This document shows positions 38,201 through 46,512 of a stretch of DNA of 64,000 bases, piece after piece; position 1 is the first letter of the stretch, and every line of letters begins with the position of its first letter. The notes beneath the pieces were generated by a model. The model was not told where the DNA came from, made no database searches, and saw nothing but the letters and a program-made list of their open reading frames with translations. Made by a program: the position numbers and the translations under genes. Source of the DNA: Prevotella sp. (GTDB taxonomy: Bacteria; Bacillota; Clostridia; Christensenellales; UBA1242); NCBI GenBank assembly GCA_023666145.1, contig JAMPCO010000001.1, positions 16,579 through 80,578 of the forward strand. Direction: 5' to 3'.

Positions 38201-38274
38201 CGTCCACCTCCTTCGTTCGAATGTTTTTCTTTCGAACTAATAGTATTTTGTGCAGGTTAATCAAATTTATACAA

Positions 38275-40041
38275 TTATTTTTTTATCACGGCTTTAATGC
38301 GACGAATACCAGCACTACTACTTTCTTCTTTAAGAATTTTGAAACTGACCAAATCAGCAGTGTTCTTGGCGTGGGGGCCGCCACAAATTTCAATCGACAC
38401 GTCACCAATCGAATAAACTTTAACAATGTCACCGTACTTATTAGCAAATGAACCTTCTGCACCCAATGCGCGTGCTTCTGACAAAGGCATTTCTTTGACG
38501 GTAACAGGAATCTGACGTTTAATTGCATCGTTCACGAATTTTTCTAAAAAAGTAATTTCTTCGGGTGTCAATTTATGGTCGCAGTTAAAATCAAAGCGCA
38601 ACCGTTCAGGAGTTATATTGCTTCCCTTTTGCACAACGTCTTTCCCCAATAACTTTTTTAATCCTGCTAATAACAAATGGGTTGCGGTATGCAAACAAGC
38701 CGTTTCGGCACTAGTATCCGCTAAACCGCCTTTGAAAGTGCCAGCCGAAGCGGTATGACTGAGTTCGCTATGTTTATTTTTGGCGATTTCAAATTCTTCC
38801 ATGTTGACGGTTAAGCCATGTTCGTTTGCTAATTCTTGGGTTAACTCAATCGGGAAACCGTAAGTTTCATACAAGCGAAAAGCAGTTTTACCAGAAAGTC
38901 GTTGATCTTTCAAGTACGGTAAAATCTTATTAAATTCACGAATCCCCTGCTCAATTGTTTTGGAAAATTTATCAACTTCATCTAAATAATTTTTGGTTAC
39001 ACTCTCGTCAATTTGATAAATACCTTGAAAGAAATCACGGTAAAATTGAATCAACTTTTCGTAGACATTGTGTGAACAACCTAATTGATTTGCCATGCGT
39101 ACAGCACGACGAATTAACCGACGCAACACATAACCTTGACCTGTCGGTGCTGGCAAAACGCCGTCACTCAAAATCATGGTCGCCGCACGCGTATGTTCTA
39201 CCAAAATACGGAATGTTTTCCAATTTTCAACGTAGGTTTGATGACAATCATCGGCGACGATCTGAATGGCAGGCGCAAATAATTCGCTGTCATAAACGGT
39301 TTGATAACCATTAACAAAACACAGTAATCGCTCTAATCCCATTCCTGTATCAACGTTGCGCTGTTTCGCGGGAACAACTTTACCGTCTTTTTCGTAAATG
39401 ACATATTGCATATAAACATCATTACCGATTTCGACATACTTACCACAATTACAACTGGGATTGCATTTTGCCGAACATGGCGCCTTGCCAGTATCGTAAA
39501 ACATTTCACTATCGGGTCCGCATGGTCCAGTACCAGTCGGCAATTGCCACCAATTTTCACTTTTGGGTAAAAAGAAGATGCGTTCTTTAGGAATCCCAAC
39601 TTGCAACCAAAATTCGGCAACCTCGGTATCACGCGGTACTACTTGATCGCCTTCAAACGCAGTAACAGCAATGCGGTTTTTATCTAAACCCAAATATTTC
39701 GGGTCAGTTAAAAATTCAAATGACCAAGCGACTTTTTCTTTTTTGAAATAATCGCCTAATGACCAATTGCCCATCATTTCAAAAAAAGTTAGATGACTGC
39801 CGTCGCCAACTTCGTCAATGTCGCCAGTACGAACACATTTTTGGATATCGCATAATCGTTTACCCGCAGGGTGTTTTTCGCCCAATAAAAAAGGAACCAA
39901 TGGCTGCATACCTGCGGTGGTAAACAAAACACTCCCATCATTTTCGGGAACCAAGGAACCTGATGGAATCACTTGATGTTGGTGAGATTGATAAAAATCA
40001 AACCACATTTTTCGTAATTCGTGATATGAAATCTTGCGCAT
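38275..40041 (-). CDS. alaS: Alanine--tRNA ligase, short form lacking the C-Ala domain
   Basis: FTTAGMQ, the catalytic core, and editing-domain HTATHLL and CGGPH motifs. It ends about 35 aa after CGGPH. The ATG at 40041 is chosen over the TTG at 40047. Confidence 0.85.
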   Translation of the reverse strand: MRKISYHELRKMWFDFYQSHQHQVIPSGSLVPENDGSVLFTTAGMQPLVPFLLGEKHPAGKRLCDIQKCVRTGDIDEVGDGSHLTFFEMMGNWSLGDYFKKEKVAWSFEFLTDPKYLGLDKNRIAVTAFEGDQVVPRDTEVAEFWLQVGIPKERIFFLPKSENWWQLPTGTGPCGPDSEMFYDTGKAPCSAKCNPSCNCGKYVEIGNDVYMQYVIYEKDGKVVPAKQRNVDTGMGLERLLCFVNGYQTVYDSELFAPAIQIVADDCHQTYVENWKTFRILVEHTRAATMILSDGVLPAPTGQGYVLRRLIRRAVRMANQLGCSHNVYEKLIQFYRDFFQGIYQIDESVTKNYLDEVDKFSKTIEQGIREFNKILPYLKDQRLSGKTAFRLYETYGFPIELTQELANEHGLTVNMEEFEIAKNKHSELSHTASAGTFKGGLADTSAETACLHTATHLLLAGLKKLLGKDVVQKGSNITPERLRFDFNCDHKLTPEEITFLEKFVNDAIKRQIPVTVKEMPLSEARALGAEGSFANKYGDIVKVYSIGDVSIEICGGPHAKNTADLVSFKILKEESSSAGIRRIKAVIKK

Positions 40042-40049
40042 AATCAATG

Positions 40050-40078
40050 ATTATATCACAAATCACCGATTGTGTCTT
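40050..40078 (-). promoter_or_regulatory. Promoter candidate for alaS, with a near-leaderless layout
   Basis: On the minus strand: AAGACA, 17 nt, TGATATAAT. The TGA is the stop of the upstream gene and the -10 is at 40055-50. Then 8 nt and the ATG at 40041. Confidence 0.5.
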
Positions 40079-41165
40079 CATATTTGAGACTTTTTTTACC
40101 ACCAAGTAAATCATCAAAACCGGCTTGTTTCAACATATCCATAAAAACAGCGTTATCAGAATCGTTATTGGGAGCATTTTCTAATCGTTCCATCTCAGCC
40201 GAAATTTCATCTTCACTGGGCATCGCAAGATTCAATTTACGTGCAATTTCTTCCACCAAAGAAGTCGGTTTGCTTTCCGTGGTTTCGCTATTATTTTCTG
40301 TCGGTGGTTTCGGTGCATTAGGATTGGAACGTTCGGGAATTGAACGACGTGGCAACACAGGCGGAATTACGCCATCAATCGGTGCTGGTTGCGTTGCACC
40401 GGCATGGTTATCCGTAGCAGGATTAGGCATATTCGTCGGTGCTGATTGAGCCACTGACGATGGTTTGGTGTCAACCGGTGTTGGCTCAATGTTCGTACTC
40501 GGTGCAATATTGGACGCTTCATTTTGAACTTTACCATACGTTGCTTGAGCAGAACCAAAATTATATGGTGAATATAATTTGAAAGTCTGTGAAACAAATT
40601 TATTTTTACAATCAAAAATGGGGTCATTGATGGTTGCGGTATTGATTCCCAAGGCGATGATTTTTTCGAACAAATTGGCTAAATCGCACGGATAACTCCA
40701 TAAAAATATCATATCAATTTTTTGTCGGTTATTCAATGCACATTCGTAAGCATCAATCAGCAAACGAGAATCTAAGCAATTTATCCCCGTTTGCTTGAAC
40801 TTCATTTTACCAACGGTAACAACATTATATTCTCCCGCAATGTCACGGATACCAGGCATGGTATCGTCATTAAAGCCATATAATTTGCAAATTTCAATTT
40901 GGTATTTGCCATTAGCATAAAATAAAATTTCCAATAAATTTTCGCGGCTGATGCCAACGTTATCAACATCAATAAACATGGCAATCCGTGGTTTCGGAGC
41001 GGAACTTTTACCAGCAGGTTTTGCCACAGTTTTTTTGGTTACTTGCTTGCGGGATGTGGAATTTTTAACGGCCGTGGTTGTGTTATGGGGTGCAGCCGAC
41101 TGCTTCGAAGTTGACTTACCACTTGCGGAAGTTCGTTTATAACCTTCATAAACTTTCTTTTCCAT
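40056..41165 (-). CDS. NYN (LabA-like) domain protein flanked by low-complexity regions
   Basis: IAMFIDVDNV and the rest of the NYN-like core are present. The N-terminus is K/S/T-rich and the C-terminal half is P/T/N-rich. Confidence 0.55.
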   Translation of the reverse strand: MEKKVYEGYKRTSASGKSTSKQSAAPHNTTTAVKNSTSRKQVTKKTVAKPAGKSSAPKPRIAMFIDVDNVGISRENLLEILFYANGKYQIEICKLYGFNDDTMPGIRDIAGEYNVVTVGKMKFKQTGINCLDSRLLIDAYECALNNRQKIDMIFLWSYPCDLANLFEKIIALGINTATINDPIFDCKNKFVSQTFKLYSPYNFGSAQATYGKVQNEASNIAPSTNIEPTPVDTKPSSVAQSAPTNMPNPATDNHAGATQPAPIDGVIPPVLPRRSIPERSNPNAPKPPTENNSETTESKPTSLVEEIARKLNLAMPSEDEISAEMERLENAPNNDSDNAVFMDMLKQAGFDDLLGGKKSLKYEDTIGDL

Positions 41166-41179
41166 TTATCCCCCACCAT

Positions 41180-41208
41180 ACTATAAGATAAAACGCAATA
41201 ATTGACAA
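41180..41208 (-). promoter_or_regulatory. Promoter candidate for the NYN-domain gene
   Basis: On the minus strand: TTGTCA (41208-03), 17 nt, TATAGT (41185-80). SD GGTGGGGGA lies before the ATG. Confidence 0.5.
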
Positions 41209-42147
41209 TTATTTTATCTTCAACAATGCAGCAGCCGCCACCATTGCGGCGTTATCGCCGCATAATGACGGTTCGGGCAAATACAAGCGCACTCCCATTT
41301 CCTTGCACAGAGCGGTAAACTTTTCCCGTAAATATTGATTAGCCGACACACCACCGCAAATTCCCAAAGTCTTAATTTGAGTTTTTTGTAACCAATTGCG
41401 AGTTTGGTTTAATAACTGTGTCACGGCACAAAATTGAAAATTAGCACAAATTTCTGGAAGATTTAATTGATTTCCTTTTTGTTTTTCGCGGTTAATATAA
41501 TTCAAAACCGCAGTTTTCAAACCTGAGTACGAAAAAGTGTTTTTTGGAAATTGATGGAGAATTGGCGTAAAAGATAAATTCATATCCGCAGTCTGTGCAA
41601 TTTTAGGTCCACCAGGATACGATAATCCTAAGACGCGCGCGACTTTATCAAAGGCTTCTCCGACCGCATCATCAGCAGTCGTACACAGCATTTGGGTTTC
41701 CCATGCTTCATTGACTTGATAAAGTATCGTGTGTCCACCAGAAACCAATAAACACAACATGGGTGGCCGTAAAGTGGGATTAGACAAACGCAAACTGGCC
41801 ATATGGCCATGTAAATGGTTGACCGCTACAAAAGGGACATCAAGCGCGTTGGCAAGACTTTGCCCGAACACCCGTCCAACCATCACTGCTCCTGGTAAAC
41901 CTGGTTGCGTAGTTGCCGCGACTTGGTCAATCATGTCAAGCGTTAAGTTAGCCTTCCGCAATGCTTCGTCCAAAACTGGTAAAATATTTTCAATATGATT
42001 TCTTGCCGCGATTTCAGGAACGACACCACCAAACGCTTGATGAATTTCAATTTGCGAAATAATCACATTAGATCGTATCTTAAATTGGTCATCGACGATG
42101 GCGACGCTGGTTTCATCACAGGAAGTTTCGATTCCTAATGTCAACAT
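41209..42147 (-). CDS. tsaD: tRNA N6-adenosine threonylcarbamoyltransferase
   Basis: LGIETSCDET, VNHLHGH and GDNAAM motifs. The start is taken at MLTLGIE, 1 nt after the prfB stop. Confidence 0.9.
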   Translation of the reverse strand: MLTLGIETSCDETSVAIVDDQFKIRSNVIISQIEIHQAFGGVVPEIAARNHIENILPVLDEALRKANLTLDMIDQVAATTQPGLPGAVMVGRVFGQSLANALDVPFVAVNHLHGHMASLRLSNPTLRPPMLCLLVSGGHTILYQVNEAWETQMLCTTADDAVGEAFDKVARVLGLSYPGGPKIAQTADMNLSFTPILHQFPKNTFSYSGLKTAVLNYINREKQKGNQLNLPEICANFQFCAVTQLLNQTRNWLQKTQIKTLGICGGVSANQYLREKFTALCKEMGVRLYLPEPSLCGDNAAMVAAAALLKIK

Positions 42148-42148
42148 T

Positions 42149-43210
42149 TTATTGGTTTTCCTCGGTATTTTGTAATAAGAACGCATCAGAAAACAGTTTC
42201 AAATCTCCGTCCATAACTTTTTCGACATTGGAAGTTTCTGCTCCAGTGCGGTGGTCTTTAACCATGGTATAAGGGCAGAAAACGTAACTACGGATTTGGC
42301 TGCCCCATTCAATTTTCATTTGCACTGGTTGTAAATTTTTCAATTTGCGACGTTCGTTTTCAAAATGGATGTATTCCAATTTCGAAAGTAAGTTTTGCAT
42401 ACAAGTTTGGCGATTTTGAATTTGGCTGCGTCCATTTTGACAGGTGCAGACAATCCCCGTTGGAATATGGGTAATACGAACCGCACTTTCAGTTTTATTG
42501 ATATGTTGACCGCCCGCACCCGAAGCCCGATAAACGTCGATACGTAAATCTTTTTCGTCAACTTTATATTCGGTCTTTTCTATTTGTGGGATAACTTCAA
42601 CCGCCACAAAACTGGTATGACGGCGTTTGTTGGCATCAAAGGGACTGATACGCACTAAACGATGAACGCCCGCTTCACTTTTGAAAATACCATAAGCATT
42701 GACGCCATTAACCGCAATCGAGGCACCTTTTATCCCTGCTCCGTCGCCTTCTTCCACATCGGTGATTTCATAATCAAAATTTTGTTGTTCGGCGAAACGA
42801 CACATCATTCGCATCACCATTTCTGCCCAATCTTGGGCTTCTGTACCACCTGCCCCAGCAGTAATATTCAGTACACAGTTGCACCCATCATATTTGCCGA
42901 CCAACAAAGTTTTGACATAGAAATCGTCAAATTGTTTTTTGACACGAGCGTATTCGTCAACCAATTCGCTTTCAGAACAAACCGACGTTAATTCCAAAAA
43001 ATCCTCCAAATCATGACTAACTGTGTCAAATTCAGCCACAAATTCTTGCAGTGATTTGATGCGTTTATTTTGTTCAATGTTGTTCCAATCTTGCTCTTGA
43101 TTTTTTAACAAAGTTTCTAATTCTTGACGTTTGGAAGTAACTAATTCATGAATGGCATCAAGTTTAACTTTCGCTTTTTGCATAATACTGTAATCTAACA
43201 TCGCCGTCAC
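42149..43210 (-). CDS. prfB: Peptide chain release factor 2, with no frameshift site and a short N-terminus
   Basis: SPF (RISPFD) and GGQ (SGAGGQH) motifs. Continuous ORF whose GTG start overlaps the upstream TGA (GTGA). Confidence 0.85.
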   Translation of the reverse strand: MTAMLDYSIMQKAKVKLDAIHELVTSKRQELETLLKNQEQDWNNIEQNKRIKSLQEFVAEFDTVSHDLEDFLELTSVCSESELVDEYARVKKQFDDFYVKTLLVGKYDGCNCVLNITAGAGGTEAQDWAEMVMRMMCRFAEQQNFDYEITDVEEGDGAGIKGASIAVNGVNAYGIFKSEAGVHRLVRISPFDANKRRHTSFVAVEVIPQIEKTEYKVDEKDLRIDVYRASGAGGQHINKTESAVRITHIPTGIVCTCQNGRSQIQNRQTCMQNLLSKLEYIHFENERRKLKNLQPVQMKIEWGSQIRSYVFCPYTMVKDHRTGAETSNVEKVMDGDLKLFSDAFLLQNTEENQ

Positions 43211-43599
43211 TTCTTTTGATTTAATTTTGCTTTCGCCAATTTTTTATGATAATCATCAATGGCGTCCACAATCACAGATTGTGCTAAATCAGCAATTTGC
43301 AATTTATCTTCAGGTAACCCATTTAATGCCTTAACGATATTGTCACTGGTAATCAATAAAGCGGTTTCAACTGTTTGATTTTTCAATAAATCGCAAACGA
43401 CATCACTGGCAACCAAAGTAAATACACCGCCAAAGGTTTTGAATTTTGCTTCGGTAATCACACCCTTGACAATCCTTAAATACACCTTAATCATTTCGCC
43501 AGCGCTGATGCTGCCTACTTGTCCAACCGCATCAGCATTCGTTACAATGCCCGCATTTTGCAAATTTTGGAAACGCGTTAAAACCACCTGATTATACAT
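43207..43599 (-). CDS. IscU/NifU-like scaffold homolog lacking all cluster-ligand cysteines
   Basis: Collinear with IscU, but CGD is AGE, FGCGS is FGGVF and HCS is QIA. Confidence 0.75.
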   Translation of the reverse strand: MYNQVVLTRFQNLQNAGIVTNADAVGQVGSISAGEMIKVYLRIVKGVITEAKFKTFGGVFTLVASDVVCDLLKNQTVETALLITSDNIVKALNGLPEDKLQIADLAQSVIVDAIDDYHKKLAKAKLNQKK

Positions 43600-44776
43600 T
43601 ATCTGGCACCTCCACTTTAATATTAACTGGACTTAACGTACGTAATCTTTTCACGATATTCACTAAGCAAATTACCGTATAATCCAAATCTTCTTTCGTC
43701 GTGGCGCGCCCCAAAGTGAAACGCACAGCACCATTGATGTAATCGTCGCTGACACCCATCGCTTGTAAAACGTGGCTATGGCTCATTGATTCACTGCTAC
43801 ACGCGGTACCAGTCGAAGCGCGTACGCCAACCGCATCCAACATCGCAACGATACTTTCCCCAGTAACACCTTGGAAAGAAAAATTGACATTATTACTCAA
43901 ACGTTGAGTACGATGGCCATTTAATTTAACACCAGGAATTTTTGTTTCAATTTCTTTGATAAAATAATCGCGGAGTTGTTTCATACGCGTGTTATTGGTA
44001 TTACCATCACGCATACAAATTTCAACGGCTTTGCCTAAACCCACGATTGCTGGCAAATTGTAAGTACCTGCACGCATGCCATTTTCTTGATGTCCACCAT
44101 GAATCAAAGTATCAATTCGTGTACCACGTTTTATGTATAAAACGCCGACCCCTTTGGGACCGTAAATTTTATGTCCCGATAAGGACAAAGCGGTTATATC
44201 CATTTCTTTGACATTGATACTGACGCTTTCCAAAGCCTGCGTAGCATCGGTATGAAAATAAACATTGTTCTGGCTGCAAATGTTAGCAATGGTATTGATA
44301 TATTGCACCGTCCCGACTTCGTTGTTCGCTGTCATTACTGATACTAAGCAAGTCGGTTTGGATAATTTAGCCAATAAATCGGGAATCGAAATTATACCAT
44401 TTTCATCAACCTTAATGTATTCGACTTCAACCCCATTTTCGGTTAACCAACGTGCGGTTTCGGTAATACTGGGATGCTCAATCGAACTAACTAAAATCCG
44501 TTTAATGGGGGATGCCGCAACAATCCCTTTCAGCACCCAATTATTGGCTTCGGTCGCCCCCGAAGTAAAGTAGATTTCATCGGGGTCGGCGTTTATAATT
44601 TTCGCAATGCTATCGCGTGCGTTTTCAATCGCTTCACGGGCAACATAACCGACTTGGTGCAAGGAATTTGGATTACCATAATTTGTAATAAAATATGGTT
44701 GCATCGCATAAAAAACTTCACCATTGCAATAAGTCGTCGCAGCATTGTCTAAATAAATTTCCTTATTTAAGGCCAT
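43592..44776 (-). CDS. iscS: Cysteine desulfurase (NifS/IscS family)
   Basis: PLP-Lys context SLSGHKIYGPKG and active-site loop STGTACSS. Confidence 0.85.
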   Translation of the reverse strand: MALNKEIYLDNAATTYCNGEVFYAMQPYFITNYGNPNSLHQVGYVAREAIENARDSIAKIINADPDEIYFTSGATEANNWVLKGIVAASPIKRILVSSIEHPSITETARWLTENGVEVEYIKVDENGIISIPDLLAKLSKPTCLVSVMTANNEVGTVQYINTIANICSQNNVYFHTDATQALESVSINVKEMDITALSLSGHKIYGPKGVGVLYIKRGTRIDTLIHGGHQENGMRAGTYNLPAIVGLGKAVEICMRDGNTNNTRMKQLRDYFIKEIETKIPGVKLNGHRTQRLSNNVNFSFQGVTGESIVAMLDAVGVRASTGTACSSESMSHSHVLQAMGVSDDYINGAVRFTLGRATTKEDLDYTVICLVNIVKRLRTLSPVNIKVEVPDNV

Positions 44777-44784
44777 AGTCTATT

Positions 44785-45462
44785 TTACTCCTTTCTGAAC
44801 AACAAAATCAAGTAGTTTAGGCATTTTAAGTGTTTACGGAGCATTTGGTAATCAGGAATTACATTTGCAACAACATTCCAAAAAGCAGGCGTATGATTGA
44901 ACTCCAACAAATGACACAGTTCATGTACCACAATGTAATCCAACAAATTTGGTGGTAAAAAAATTGCTCGCCAATTGATTGCGATATTGCCATGACTGTC
45001 ACAAACACCCCAACGCGTTTTATTATTGTTGGTGGTTACGGCTGTTGGGCGCAAACGTAATTGCTGAGCCATGTAATACACGCGTTCCACCAAAACATCG
45101 GCTGCAACTTTGCGATACCATTTTTCGACTCGACTTAAAATTTTTTCACTGGGAATCTTTGCGGGAATTAGTAACTTGTTATCACTAATCATGATTTCTT
45201 TGACTTCATTAGAGATCAGTGGCGTCAGTTCTTTACCTAGGAACAAAAAAATAGTGTAATTGACTACATTGGGATTGATGTAAGAATTACTACGAATGGC
45301 ATTTTGCTTTTTGACAATCCAATCTTGTTTTTGCTTGATAAAATCAAAAATTTTGCTTTCGGGATAATTATAAGGCGCCCGCACAATCAATTCACCCTTA
45401 GCGTTAACCATCAAAGATAAAGTCCGTTTGTTGGTACGAATAATGTTGCGCGGGTCTAACAT
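44785..45462 (-). CDS. YgjP/DUF45-type (SprT-like) zinc metallopeptidase
   Basis: The HELCHLLEFNH motif is present. The start is taken at MLDPRN (ATG at 45462), because the longer ORF would run through the divergent promoter region. Confidence 0.7.
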   Translation of the reverse strand: MLDPRNIIRTNKRTLSLMVNAKGELIVRAPYNYPESKIFDFIKQKQDWIVKKQNAIRSNSYINPNVVNYTIFLFLGKELTPLISNEVKEIMISDNKLLIPAKIPSEKILSRVEKWYRKVAADVLVERVYYMAQQLRLRPTAVTTNNNKTRWGVCDSHGNIAINWRAIFLPPNLLDYIVVHELCHLLEFNHTPAFWNVVANVIPDYQMLRKHLKCLNYLILLFRKE

Positions 45463-45469
45463 CAAAAAA

Positions 45470-45499
45470 ATGATAACGCAATCCAGTTTAACTTGACAA
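45470..45499 (-). promoter_or_regulatory. Promoter candidate for the DUF45-iscS-iscU*-prfB-tsaD operon, with a leaderless layout
   Basis: On the minus strand: TTGTCA (45499-94), 18 nt, TATCAT (45475-70), then 7 nt and the ATG at 45462. Its -35 overlaps the opposing TTGACA. Confidence 0.45.
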
Positions 45500-45522
45500 G
45501 AAGATAATTTCGACATTAAAAT
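45493..45522 (+). promoter_or_regulatory. Promoter candidate for the PadR-ABC pair
   Basis: TTGACA (45493-98), 18 nt, TAAAAT (45517-22). Confidence 0.5.
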
Positions 45523-45528
45523 TGTATC

Positions 45529-46512
45529 GTGGCACACGGCAAAAATATGACCGAAATTACCATTTTGAATTTACTCAGCACTCGCCCGATGTACGGTGTT
45601 GAAATGATTGAAGAAATCAAGCGCTTATCGGGTAATGCTGTCGTCATGTCTTTACCTACCCTTTATTCTTCGCTTCATCGGATGGCAGATAAAAAGTTGG
45701 TGAACAGTTACCAACGCGAATCCGCCATTGGTGGTCGTTGCCGTGTTTATAACATCACTAAATCAGGACGCGAATATCTCGCGAAAAATCCCATTAAGAT
45801 CGATTACACTGCCATCGCCGACAGTTCGGCCTTGGCACATAAAACCTTTGCAACCTTAGAAGAAGCATTTTCCTTACCATTAAACAAAAAACCCTTGTTG
45901 CCACAGGAATTACCGGAAAATAAACGTGTCTTGCAAATTACACCGCCACCACCACCGGTGGCTCCAGCATCCAAACCGACGCCCAAAATTTCACCATATA
46001 TTGCACCCACCGAAAAAATTGTTTCAACGCCCGAACCACAATACCAACAAACTTCCATCGGTTTATCAGGAACAGTGGGTGGCAACGATTTGCGCCCACT
46101 CTTAAAATTAAATAGCATTACCGTTGGCAATGATTACGTCACGATCAACCGTTTGCGCATGGTTGTAGTCGCCCTTAACGCTGTGATTTTTATGTTAATC
46201 AATTTTTTCTGTTCGTTATCTCATACAGTGCAAACCGAATATTACACTTTGGTTTATATTGCTTTATTGTTGTATATTTGTATCCAATTGGCAGTTTATT
46301 TATTTTTTCCACGCATCAAAACCGTTTTTAAGCGTAAATCAATCGGGATACGGCACGCCTTAATTAGTCTTGTTTTATTGGTTTTTGTTTTGGCTCATTG
46401 TTTATTCAACCATGCGACAAATCTATTGTGGTTATTGATTTTTGCCCTCCTCCCCATGGTGGAATTCGTGTTAATGTTGATGCTGCATAAGAGGAGTTAT
46501 TTTTTATGTTAA
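45529..46512 (+). CDS. PadR-family winged-helix regulator fused to a Pro-rich linker and four C-terminal TM helices
   Basis: PadR core PMYGVEMIEEI...LPTLYSSLHRMADKKLV...YNITKSGREYL, PPPPPVAPASKP linker and four hydrophobic helices. The start may be the GTG at 45529 or the ATG at 45547. Confidence 0.75.
   Translation: MAHGKNMTEITILNLLSTRPMYGVEMIEEIKRLSGNAVVMSLPTLYSSLHRMADKKLVNSYQRESAIGGRCRVYNITKSGREYLAKNPIKIDYTAIADSSALAHKTFATLEEAFSLPLNKKPLLPQELPENKRVLQITPPPPPVAPASKPTPKISPYIAPTEKIVSTPEPQYQQTSIGLSGTVGGNDLRPLLKLNSITVGNDYVTINRLRMVVVALNAVIFMLINFFCSLSHTVQTEYYTLVYIALLLYICIQLAVYLFFPRIKTVFKRKSIGIRHALISLVLLVFVLAHCLFNHATNLLWLLIFALLPMVEFVLMLMLHKRSYFLC

Noticed and set aside
38164-38451. 95-aa + strand ORF
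   Set aside because: It lies antisense to the alaS 3' end and to the 22-codon ORF. Its translation is low-complexity F/S/T-rich, and it has no start signals.
43150-43290. Programmed +1 frameshift site of prfB
   Set aside because: I looked for CTT TGA C with an upstream SD-like element and a short frame-0 ORF. The upstream sequence is instead the 3' end of the iscU-like gene in the -1 frame, and prfB is a continuous ORF.
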